Position numbers and translations under genes: made by a program. Positions 51,195 through 61,778 of a stretch of DNA of 61,778 bases are shown here, piece after piece. The stretch is from contig NC_068981.1 in NCBI RefSeq assembly GCF_001194135.2, positions 51,540,121-51,601,898 on the forward strand, read 5' to 3'. Source of the stretch: Octopus bimaculoides (Eukaryota). Position 1 is the stretch's first letter. Each line of letters opens with the position of its first letter. The notes under the pieces are model-generated. The model did not search any database. It was not told the DNA's origin and saw nothing but the letters and a program-made list of their open reading frames with translations.

Positions 51195-51680
51195 GTAAAT
51201 AGATAGAACGAGAAAGGGGAGGGGAGAGACAGGAGAAATAATGGATTACAAAATGGAAAGAAATACTGAGAAATTGAGATGTAGAGGTAGTAATAGAGGA
51301 TATGAAGTAATGTAGAGAAAGAACCGATTGAAATAAATCAGAAAAAGAGTACATGGAAATGAGAAGAAAATAATATGTGAAGAAAGGAAGAAATTAGATT
51401 AGAAGAAAATATAAATGGAACATTCGAATGAAGTAAAATAGAAAGGAAAATGGACCATAGAAAAGAGATGGGGTAAGCTAATCCAAATAAAAAGTGAAAT
51501 TGATAGAAAAATTATGTATAAGGAATGAGAAAATGAAAAAAAAAAGAGAAGTAAAATACGAAATAAAGAAAGTTAAGGAAAGGGAAATAGAAATAAATAC
51601 AGAGAGAGGAATATAAGAGGAAGAGAAAGAAATATATATTTAAATAACAGATATTAGATATAATGGAAGGAAGAGAAAAT
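51195..51680 (+). repeat. Purine (A/G)-rich low-complexity tract
   Basis: Strong A/G strand bias without a fixed unit. Confidence 0.85.
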
Positions 51681-53239
51681 ATATTATTTCTGTAATTGTA
51701 AAGTCCAAGTGTTTGATCATTCAGATAGATACAACACCTGAGCCGTTAATTCTGGCCGATATAAGAAATCTATTCTCTGAAAAGAATAACTATAAGTAAA
51801 TCAGTTAAATTCAAATGTATATCCTTTCTTATCTATTTAGACAAACTTTACTTTCATTTACTTTGCGTTTCGTTTTTGGTTATTTCTATTTTATCTTATA
51901 ACGCAATATTAATCGCACTTTGAACATAGTAAAAGCAAAATGTCTTCAAAACAAAACACATATTTCTTATAAGTAAATTCATCCACATGTCCGGTTGAAG
52001 TGTATAACAATGATCTAAGCGAAACTCCAACCTGAAATTCAGACTAGTCATAATTTTACTCAAACACCATAGATCATGTTCTTGTAATAAAAACAAAAGA
52101 AGATGTCCAAATTTGCAAGCTATCTATGTTCATACGTCGAACTCTATTTAGGAATTCACAATCCTATCATTAGGAAATAATTACCAGCTTGTAAGAGGGT
52201 TGTTTGATCTGAAAAGTGACGCGACTTTTGAAACATTAAATCTACATTTCTTAATAGAAGACTTTTAACACTCATAGATTCCATCAGAAGGCAACTTCTT
52301 AGTTATTCTAGATGACGATATTATTATTACGATTGATGTCATAAAAGCTACAAATATAATTAAGTTTATGATTATTAATGAAGCCTACCCCACGCTTGAT
52401 AATTATTGTTGATTATAACCCTTAGTATTCTCGTTAGAATGATGGACTTAAATATTTCTTAATGTTAGAAAGAAATGTAAATTGACTCTATAAAATAAAA
52501 TTGTTATGTTATGAATTCACATCACCTCATACCAATTATCACTTTCATTAATAACCTAACTAGTAGCGCATTTATTAATTTTTGAAAGATGGATAGAAGC
52601 AGCTCACACTAGTAAGGCGTATCAAATAGCTTTCTTCATATTGAACTTATCTGTTGTAATATATTCGATTGTGTTTAAAGAATATGTGATCTCATATGGA
52701 CTCTGATGCAATGGAACCATTTGCCATTCTTTATAGTTTGCTCACTGCACTCATTCTATTCAGGGTTTATAACCACTATTCAAGTCTCCATAGTAGTGTA
52801 TATCCCACAACAAATTGTAAACTTATAAACCCGCCGCGTTCGCTAGCGGAATATCCCTACAGCCATATTTGGTTTCACTTACTCTTTACTAAATTTGTAC
52901 TATTACTCACTAATAAGAAATAGCTGGATATATGACTGAGTAAACATTTCATCGTAATGACTCCGAACCTTTAATATAACACTGTCATGTTAGAATATCT
53001 AACATAGATATTAGTAGCGTTTCATAAATTCGCATGAAAGCTGAAATTATTTATATCGTTTACAGTGTATATACTGGAGAATGTGACTCAACTTTCTGAT
53101 AATGAGGAATAACTAATTTACTGCTTCTAAAATGTATGTGGACTACATCTTTATTAACATTTCGAATTATTATACACACAATACGAAATCAGACAGAAAG
53201 CAGAGAGACTACTCTCTGAATGTTTTTCAGTGAGATATT

Positions 53240-53376
53240 ACAGTTCGGCAAAAGAGACTGATAGGATAAGTACTAGGCTTACAAAGAATAAGTCCTGGGT
53301 CAATTTGTTCGACTAAAGGTGGTGCTCCAGCATGGCTGCAATCAAATGACTGAAACAAATAAAAGAATAAAAGAAT
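53240..53376 (+). mobile_element. Third-family SINE 3' tail
   Basis: CGGCAAAAGAGACTGATAGGATAAGTACTAGG...GGTGCTCCAGCATGGCTGCA...TGACTGAAACAAATAAAAGAATAAAAG. Confidence 0.85.
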
Positions 53377-53381
53377 ATATT

Positions 53382-54153
53382 CAGGGTGCGGAGAATAAAC
53401 CAGAATTACATTAAAATATCTTGAAATACTAAAGAGTAAATTTATTCAATAAAATTGCCATTGGCTTCAGCCACGGTCTCTAGACGACTTGGGAATCCCC
53501 TGCATCTCTTTTGGACGGTCTCCTTGTTTAAGTTGGTGAACGCTGCCATAATCCTTGACTTCAGTTCATCTTTGGTGTTAGAAGGAGTTTTCTTGGTCTC
53601 CCGCTCAACTGCACCCCACACATAATAATCAAGGGGGTTGCAGTCTAGGGAATTATGTGGCCAGATATTAGTGGGTGATGTGGTTGCAGAAAAAGTCTGA
53701 CAGCCATGATTAGGTTCTCCTGCTTGTGTGGCATGGTACAACGTCCTGTTGTCAGACTTAGGTTCTTCCAGCAGCCATTATCTTGGCCCTTGGCAGCACT
53801 ACCTCCTCCAAGCACTTGATGTAGACCTCCGTGTTGATTCTGAGGCCGTATGAAAAGATGCATGGAGGCATAACGTCGCCATCACTAGTGATCACTTCAA
53901 ACACCATGATGTTGACTGGATGTTTGATTTCTATCACTCTGGGTGCTTGTCCTCAGATTAACACCCTAACACTCTGAAATGTTCGTATTGGAGCTTTCGG
54001 CGTAATGCCAAGCACTACATGTCGTTTCGAATTCCTCACGGACGGTGCCCAAATGAGCCTACTATACTGCGCAGTCAACAAAATCCAAAACAAAGAATGT
54101 TCATGCGTGAAATTAAAAATATAAAATGGCGACAAGTTACCCATCGCACCCCG
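53382..54153 (-). mobile_element. Internally deleted Tc1/mariner (maT, DD37D-like) element retaining both ends
   Basis: Ends CAGGGTGCG (53382) and CGCACCCCG|TA (54145-54155). IWPHNSLDCNPLDYYVWGAVER; KHPVNIMVFEVITSDGDVMPP; short N-terminal piece ESSNTNISEC. Confidence 0.85.
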
Positions 54154-54158
54154 TATGC

Positions 54159-54196
<38 letters not shown>

Positions 54197-54389
54197 CAAA
54201 GAATATATATACATGTATACACACATATATGTACATACTTACACCTACATGTGTATATATATGCATATCAGGGTACAGGACGTTAGAACAATGAACTACA
54301 GACAACGGAACGAACACATAGGAAAACGGAAAGCCACTTGGAATACTCCTTCATCAGCTGTCTCTATTCTAACCTGACGTTTCGAAGAT

Positions 54390-54612
54390 AAGGCAGCAAC
54401 GTTAGCAGTGCATGTGAAATTCTTAGCGGTATTTCGTCTGCCGTTACGTTCTGAGTTCAAATTCCGCCGAGGTCGACTTTGCTTTCATCCTTTCGGGGTC
54501 GATAAATTAAGTACCAGTAACGCACTGGGGTCGATGTAATCGACTTAACCCCCTTTGTCTGTCCATGTTTGTCCCCTCTATGTTTAGCCCCTTGTGGGCA
54601 ATAAAGAAGTAA
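54390..54612 (+). mobile_element. Main-family SINE (variant tail)
   Basis: GTTCTGAGTTCAAATTCCGCCGAGGTCGACTTTGCTTTCATCCTTTCGGGGTCGATAAATTAAGTACCAG; tail AGCCCCTTGTGGGCAATAAAG. Confidence 0.92.
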
Positions 54613-55133
54613 GTATCAAGTATTGATATGACTGCGTGTATAATATTACAAGAATTATTTCAAAGAAGAATGGATTTAAGAAGTATATATTTACCACATA
54701 AAAATATATTTTATTTATTGGTCAACGATGAAACATAATCAAAATGTAGAATCTAGTTGAATGAAGTAATTTATGCAAGAAAGTTCAGAATAGGAAATGT
54801 AGAAATAACAGCTAAGTGGTGGTTTTCAGTCATGTGGTGTAGAGAAATAGACGGACATAGCAACGACGTGAATGGCTCCAAGTCTAATTGACTTAGAAGC
54901 GAAGAGCAGGTTTAGCAAGCTGTTTTTATTAATAGAACGCTAAACATTCTAGAAACTTCCAAGAAAAACGCTAAGCTTCTTGAATAATTAAGAATCATGT
55001 CACATGATATAGATGCTTCAGGAAACTTAAAAATGGAGGTTACTCTACATTCTTTCTTGCATAGGAGACCATTCAACTATCTAGTTACCGTTACATATAT
55101 ATATAAATACATATATGTGTTTGTAATATAATA

Positions 55134-55378
55134 GACGGTCGATCGGTCGGACGGTCGGTCGGTCGGTCGGTCGGCCGGCATAGTTCCGCCGGCGAAGCGC
55201 AGGTGCGATCGAAAGTGCTGTCGGCCGGGCGGCGGTGCCGACCGCGAGTGTGTGTCTGTGTGTGTGTGTGTGTGTCTGTGTGTGTTACGCAAGGTAGGTC
55301 GCGCGGCCGCCTAGGCGGTGGACGGACGAGAAGCTCGCCGAGCGAGTCGTGGCAGCGAGAAGGAAGCCACCGAGCGAC
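55134..55378. promoter_or_regulatory. GC/CpG-rich island-like segment (candidate promoter or first exon), continuing into a gap
   Basis: Abrupt CG-rich stretch with many CpGs in an AT-rich window. Includes (GGTC)n and (TG)n. Possible minus-strand donor ACG|gtaact near 55088 and plus-strand donor AAG|gtaggt near 55293. Confidence 0.55.
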
Positions 55379-55830
55379 NNNNNNNNNNNNNNNNNNNNNN
55401 NNNNNNNNNNNNNNNNNNNNNNNNNNNNNNNNNNNNNNNNNNNNNNNNNNNNNNNNNNNNNNNNNNNNNNNNNNNNNNNNNNNNNNNNNNNNNNNNNNNN
55501 NNNNNNNNNNNNNNNNNNNNNNNNNNNNNNNNNNNNNNNNNNNNNNNNNNNNNNNNNNNNNNNNNNNNNNNNNNNNNNNNNNNNNNNNNNNNNNNNNNNN
55601 NNNNNNNNNNNNNNNNNNNNNNNNNNNNNNNNNNNNNNNNNNNNNNNNNNNNNNNNNNNNNNNNNNNNNNNNNNNNNNNNNNNNNNNNNNNNNNNNNNNN
55701 NNNNNNNNNNNNNNNNNNNNNNNNNNNNNNNNNNNNNNNNNNNNNNNNNNNNNNNNNNNNNNNNNNNNNNNNNNNNNNNNNNNNNNNNNNNNNNNNNNNN
55801 NNNNNNNNNNNNNNNNNNNNNNNNNNNNNN

Positions 55831-55874
<44 letters not shown>

Positions 55875-57099
55875 CATGTATGTATCTATCTATTTATTTA
55901 TATATCTATCTATATGTATATAAAGACCCCCTTCAGTCATGAATGACCATGAGATTGCACCTCAAAAGTTACTGTCCGAGGCACATGTCCAGGCAAGTTT
56001 TTATAGAAGACCACCAGTCACCCATGTGTACCAGCCCCCGTCTCCACAGATGTTACCCAGCGGAAAGACAAATATATATATATCTACACAGTCAAAGCAG
56101 TTTGCCAACGGCTCTTCGGCAGCAACACACCCTGATAATATCAGTGATTATTACTAAATTCAGGACAAGACAGAGAGGATGTTCTTGGAGCCGGGAATTT
56201 GAACTTAAGGAGATAATATTTACAGATTGCATGAAGAAGCACAATTAGATCTCATAATGCAAGGATGTGAGGTTGCATAATGAAGGACTTGCACGCCTTG
56301 AGAAATACGTTGCGTGGAAACAATTGCAGTGATTAAGTAATAAATGTCCAACCGTACTCCGTCTTGTTGACTTGAATTTTTTCAATTATATATATATATA
56401 GCTATATTTTTCTTACGAAAGATACAGGCCGCATAGAAGTTCTCAAGTTGAACCTGAGGCGCTAGACAAGTATAATAAATAGAATGGAGAAAGATCAAAT
56501 CAGGAAAACCACAATAAACACATATTTATACGGATTTGATTTAAGATAAAAATTATCCAGTAAACATATATTGATATATTAAAATACATATAAAAATACA
56601 TGTAAAAATATACAAATTTATGAATATTAAAAATATATATGGATATATATATAAATATATTAATATACAATCAGAGTAATGATGTACTGAAGTATAGGAT
56701 TATAGATAAAAACGTTTTGTTTTTTAAATACACTTTAAAACACCGTGAAGAGACAATAATAGGCGTCAAAACAAAAAGGCTTTTAGGCTACATACTAAAA
56801 GGAAATATTCCTACGGTCGTTTGAGAGATTTAATCCTCCGAGTGAAAAAATGAGACTTAAAACTTAATTTCAGAGAACGTCTCCTTCAACAGGGAAAAGT
56901 AATGTTTAGGGTAGAAATACATTCAGTTCGTTGCCAAGGTATGAGGTAACTAGGAGCTTTTATGGAAGAACAGATATATCTATGCAAATGGTGGAAGTCT
57001 ATATGAGGGCTGATACGTGTAAAAATTACATTACTTAGTGTCTTTATTAAAATGTATATTTATATTGGCAATACCGTGTTACAGTTAATATGTTAAGTT

Positions 57100-58270
57100 G
57101 TTCGGCGTAACTTAGTAAGGCTCTATTGTTGAGTACATTCGGAATTTAAAAGTTTCATGAAAACTGAGTAATATGTGTGATTACACGAATGAATAGCATC
57201 GGAAAATTTAATTAATATTGTAGAATTATACAGGCAGAGGATGGTGTATGATTCTTTTATGCACATTCTACATTTGCCCTTAATCGTGTTGTATGGGGGA
57301 GGCCTTATCTATAATAGACCAAGTTAATGTTATTTTAAACCATGTATTAACTTAGGTAGTGCCGTTGAGTTTTTATATTTTAGCTTACTGAAGGAATCTA
57401 AATGGGTTCTATATCGTCTCTTAAAATCTATAATGCTTCCTATGTATACACTTATTTGGTGTTTGTCATTTACCACACAGCATATATAAATTCCATTTTT
57501 TTTCGTAAACAAAATCCAGTGAGCGGACATAATTCGGGGACACTACAGTTCCAAGTTTTTACATTCCTAACTTTAATTTTACTCGGATTTATTAAGGTTG
57601 TATCAGGTTGACCTATGTTTAGTTGGGATTGATTGCGCTTAGATTCAGATAGACTTACTTTTTTATTTTATTGATTTTATTTGGATCTTTTCGTGGTCTA
57701 AGCTTTTAGTCATTTGAAGCTGAGTGTATTTCTATTTGTCGATGCAGTTATACATCCCGAATTCGGCGTGGTAGAGTAAGAAAACTTTATAGAGTGTCTG
57801 TTAAATAGGGGGTAACATTTGTGCTGCTTAGGAAAATTTAATTTCAGAATCTTAAAGAACAGTTTTGATAAATTTTTGACTCTAAGAGAAAATGGGTGGG
57901 GCAATCCAAGTAATTTTTCTTTTTCTAGATTTAGAGTGGATTAGCACATTAGGTGTTCAGATATAAATGGACTACTTTTGTTACGGTTACTAAAACGAAG
58001 GTTATGAAATTTAGTCTGGTTAACAAAAGGTTTTCTTATACGTTTATAATTTAAAGAAGAAATCGCGTAAGTAATTTCAAGATTAATGTCAGATGGGAGA
58101 TTAGCTAATTTGACTTCAGTTTGGTGTCAGGGGTATAGAAAATATGATCAGGAAAACCACTTAGTTTTAGGGCTTGATCATATAAAATGGGGCATGTGCA
58201 TTAAAGATTTCGTTTGCTGATAGGTTGGAGATTCTAATTTAGATTGCCATAATGATACTGTCGAGGGTTA
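57100..58270 (-). mobile_element. Penelope-like relic, family B (thumb plus GIY-YIG)
   Basis: RISNLSANEIFNAHAPFY; KSRKRKITWIAPP; FPKQHKCYPLFNRHSIKFSYSTTPN; GIYICCVVNDKHQISVYIGSIIDFKRRYRTHLDSF. Confidence 0.88.
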
Positions 58271-58279
58271 ATCAGAATG

Positions 58280-58695
58280 TGATTCAACCTATTGAAAATA
58301 ACGTAAACTCCGACGATTCACACATTTGTCTTCAATTAAAACCGATAAAATTCCTTATATATAAACGATAGAATTGTCTACACTAGGACGTCTTTCGTCA
58401 TAGTTTTGTTCGACAGAAAGGCGACTTTGAGCTAGAGAGAGGAGGCAGTTAGATATAGCAGTAAAATTAATCATAAAGCACAAACATCAGTCTTAACAAA
58501 GATTGCATTTTAAATCGAAGCCATCTCTGCGCACTACAGGTGATGTATATATTTTTCTGTCGAACAAAACTATGATGAAAGACGTCCTAGTGTAGACAGT
58601 TTATCGTTTATATATAAGGAATTTTATTGGTTTTAATTCAAGACAAAAGTGTGAATCGTCAGAGTTTACGCTGTTATTTTCAATAGGTTGAATCA
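58280..58695. repeat. Fold-back element: about 140-bp inverted arms with an about 135-bp spacer
   Basis: 58280-58419 is the reverse complement of 58554-58695, with few substitutions and small indels. Confidence 0.92.
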
Positions 58696-58737
58696 TTTTG
58701 TGAGAGTTCCCTGTCAAACAAACTAACAATGAGCAAT

Positions 58738-58930
58738 TTTCTCTTTTCCTCTTTCTCTTTCCTTCTTCCCTCTCGTTTTCCTCCGTCTCTCCCACTCTGC
58801 TTTATCTCTTTCCCTCTCCTTCCCACATCTGTCCCTCTTTCTCCCTATCCCAATCATGTTTCTTCTTCGTCATTTTTCTTTTGATCTTTCTCTTTTCTTT
58901 CTCATTCTCTAGCCCCCCTCCCCACCTCTT
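58738..58930 (+). repeat. Pyrimidine (C/T)-rich low-complexity tract
   Basis: Directly visible. Confidence 0.85.
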
Positions 58931-59109
58931 GCTTTGTTGCAGTTAATTCATATTATCAAAATACATTGCTTATAATAACAGCCTAGTTATTCGACTACCT
59001 AAGCCAAGTGGTTGCCTTTAGGCTCAGTGAAAGATATAGAAAGGTAAGTTTGGGGCTACATATATATATATACATACAGTTTCTTTAATACTATTTTTAT
59101 TAAATATAT

Positions 59110-59994
59110 TCATGTAGTTCGTCTCTTTAAATGAATTTCTTTAGAAGTAGCAATAGTCATGTCTTTTGTAGTCCTTCTAACATCTATGATATTAAGGGAA
59201 CAGACTTCAGAGAAAAGGAACATAGACAATGAGGAAATTCCAATGACATAACACTGTGAGGTTAAACAATTGGGGTTATTGGTTAATACATCGTTGAAGC
59301 AGAGTAAGTAGACTAATCTAGCTTCACTTGATGCAAAACACGACCAGCAAACTCCGAGCAGCGAGAGAATGATATAGTAGTTATAAACAGAAAGGTAGAA
59401 TAACGCGATTATAAGTTTCTGTACCAGAATTCAATGTTTAGGAACATCCTACACCGAATATAATTCACTGTGTATGCAAATAATAGCATGAGGATAGCAA
59501 GCATATTGCATAATCTCATTCACATCTTCAGTAATGTGTTTCGTTAACCCAAGTCTAGATATGATATTAACATACAGTTGTAATAGCCGTTGTCCATTTT
59601 ATTAGTCTTATTGTTGGTGTTCCTGAAAAGTAGTTTACCTTCAGAAGACAAAAAATTATCGTGACAGTACATTTGAAAAACAAAATACTGCGATGCAAAA
59701 TCAACTCCCATTTTCGTAGTTTGTGTTCCGCGGTTATGAGAGAATGCTGCTAGTTTATGGAAATAAAGTGTAAGAAAAATGGTAAGAATAGAACATAATA
59801 TAATGAACTCTTCCTCAAAATTGGGCATTTTTTATTTTCAATTTAGCACACTTTATTAAAAAACTATATATATAGGTTAATATTTTAATATCATCAAAAC
59901 GTAGAAAGATTTGCCAAACTGCTTGGCATCTGGTCAATTTATCGGCTTCGCTCGAACACAATTTGACTGTCACAAACGCGCGTGCACAAACACA

Positions 59995-60086
<92 letters not shown>

Positions 60087-60300
60087 CATACGAACACACA
60101 TTGACACTACTCTGGAGATAGATGTCTTTGATTATAATCCTGTGTTGCTCATGACAGATAACTATAGCATATTAAACACTATGCATATCTTAAGGATTGA
60201 TGAGGACATAAATGCATTTTTATTTCTATTAAAAGCCAGCATGATATTTGAGCCATTATACACATTATTTTCATTTCTTTCTGTGGTCCATGACAGAGCG
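59110..60300 (-). pseudogene. Possible decayed intronless class A GPCR-like gene
   Basis: Colinear fragments across frameshifts: SVMSN (TM1-like), EAD (TM2-like), CSILTIFLTLYFHKLAAFSH (TM3-like), AILMLLFAY (TM5-like), LLGVCWSCF (CWxP-like), CSLNIIDVRRTTKDM (NPxxY/helix-8-like). Pattern recognition only. Confidence 0.35.
59990..60083. repeat. (CA)n microsatellite
   Basis: Directly visible. Confidence 0.97.
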
Positions 60301-61544
60301 TATCGTTCCTATGTTCCTTCTTAATAGGTTAAAATGATTTGTGTTGAAGTTTTATTGTTCTCAGTCAATAACGTACATATTGGCAACGAAGACTGAAACT
60401 CATCACTTTAAGGTTTCCAAGAGTTGGTGATAAATGTGACAGATAAGCCACCATCTTGGTAATAAATGTGACAGATAAGGACCAATGAAGTCAATTTTGC
60501 TTTTATATAAATTGAGCAATTTCACCTATCAAGCCATTCACAGAATACACTGTACTGGAAGCTTTTGAAATTCCCACAAACTAGAATAATACTTTGCATT
60601 ATAATCACTCCGCAATTATATCTTATTCTTCTGTAATATCGCTAATCTGCGTCTGCAAACGTCAATGGCATGCTAATTTTTATAAAGACGTTACAGGAAA
60701 ATGATAAACGAGATTCATGTTTGAATGCTTCCTGAACAAACTTCTAAAGTCTTATCTATGATTCATATTCTTCCATATCATCGTTTCTTGTATAATGATT
60801 ACTATGTTTCTCTTTTAAACTTCAGCATCGACTTGTTAATTAAGTTAGTATAGGTGGTTGGATTACCAAAGAAACTGTTTGTTAGTAAGAAGAAATACAT
60901 ATCTAACCACTTATAAACAGACAGTCGTTAGTATAACTTAGCAAAGAAATTATTATTGGTCATTCCCCAATGGAAGCTATGTAAGAACTTTTATACTTTT
61001 TAAATGCTATTTACACCTAAGTCGACTCTTTCTGAACAGACATGTGATGAGTGACCGTTAAGAAATATGATCCTGTCTGTCATTTCAGACAAAGTATATC
61101 TACACGTACAATATATATTGCGTACTTCACTTCTGGAGATGGGCATTGAATGCTGTTTTTGTTGTTGGGGTGATCATATGGAATGATGCTGAGCAAAATG
61201 TAAAGTTCATGTAGGCCAAAAAAAACAATGATGTTTCGAATCACTTTTGATATCAGTTAGATTCCCTTACACACGCAAATAATTCTTAAGGAAATTACGT
61301 TCATGTTTAAACCATAATTCTTCCATTCATGAAGCATATCCAATTTAGATAATATATACCGTTATTGTTTATTTTCTTTACATCTTTTAGTCATTGGGCT
61401 CCGAACAGTCTAAAGCACAGCCTTAAAAAACGACCTTTATCGAAAAGTTACGTTTTATCTTGGAGTAAATGGGTGTTTTCTGACGCAGATTTGAACTGGT
61501 AAAAACAAACACTCACAAGCACCCACACACATACAGACATGCAT

Positions 61545-61560
61545 GTATACACACACATAG

Positions 61561-61620
<60 letters not shown>
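61545..61620. repeat. (CA)/(TA)n microsatellite
   Basis: Directly visible. Confidence 0.95.
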
Positions 61621-61623
<3 letters not shown>

Positions 61624-61778
61624 AGTAAAAATAAATACAAAAAAGGTGGGGTTTTTTTGTATGATTGTGTATAGAGGAATATATTATTTTGCTTAAAAGA
61701 GTTCCAACACTGTCTGTTTTTTATGTTTTATTTATATTCCTGCAGAACTAATGTGGGGTATAGAATATGGAATATACA

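Noticed and set aside
55920-56300. Possible decayed L1/Tx1 3' end
   Set aside because: Similarity is only impressionistic, and the zinc-knuckle residues are not recoverable.

Overview
AT-rich, microsatellite-rich animal genomic DNA with eight assembly gaps. The repeat content points to an octopus (inference, not a database match): tRNA-derived SINEs with a Deu/Nin-like core, Penelope-like elements, R4/Dong-like and Tx1-like LINE relics, and mariner/maT/hAT relics. No intact, recognisable protein-coding gene can be supported. Most ORFs in the track are microsatellite or low-complexity artefacts or decayed transposon fragments. A GC/CpG-rich patch at 55.1-55.4 kb and a series of strong minus-strand splice sites suggest a long, mostly intronic minus-strand transcript, but this model is tentative. 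I did not find a convincing new multi-gene system. The best leads are: (1) hammerhead-ribozyme-like motifs with non-canonical cores or permuted order at retroelement termini; (2) a decayed, apparently intronless class A GPCR-like relic at 59.1-60.3 kb; (3) a Dong-like element in (TAA)n whose 5' junction is a 34-bp tandem repeat of its own endonuclease motif; (4) head-to-tail SINE arrays and an inverted SINE pair; (5) long fold-back structures next to the 5' ends of Penelope-like copies. Relic boundaries are approximate unless TIRs or TSDs are quoted.
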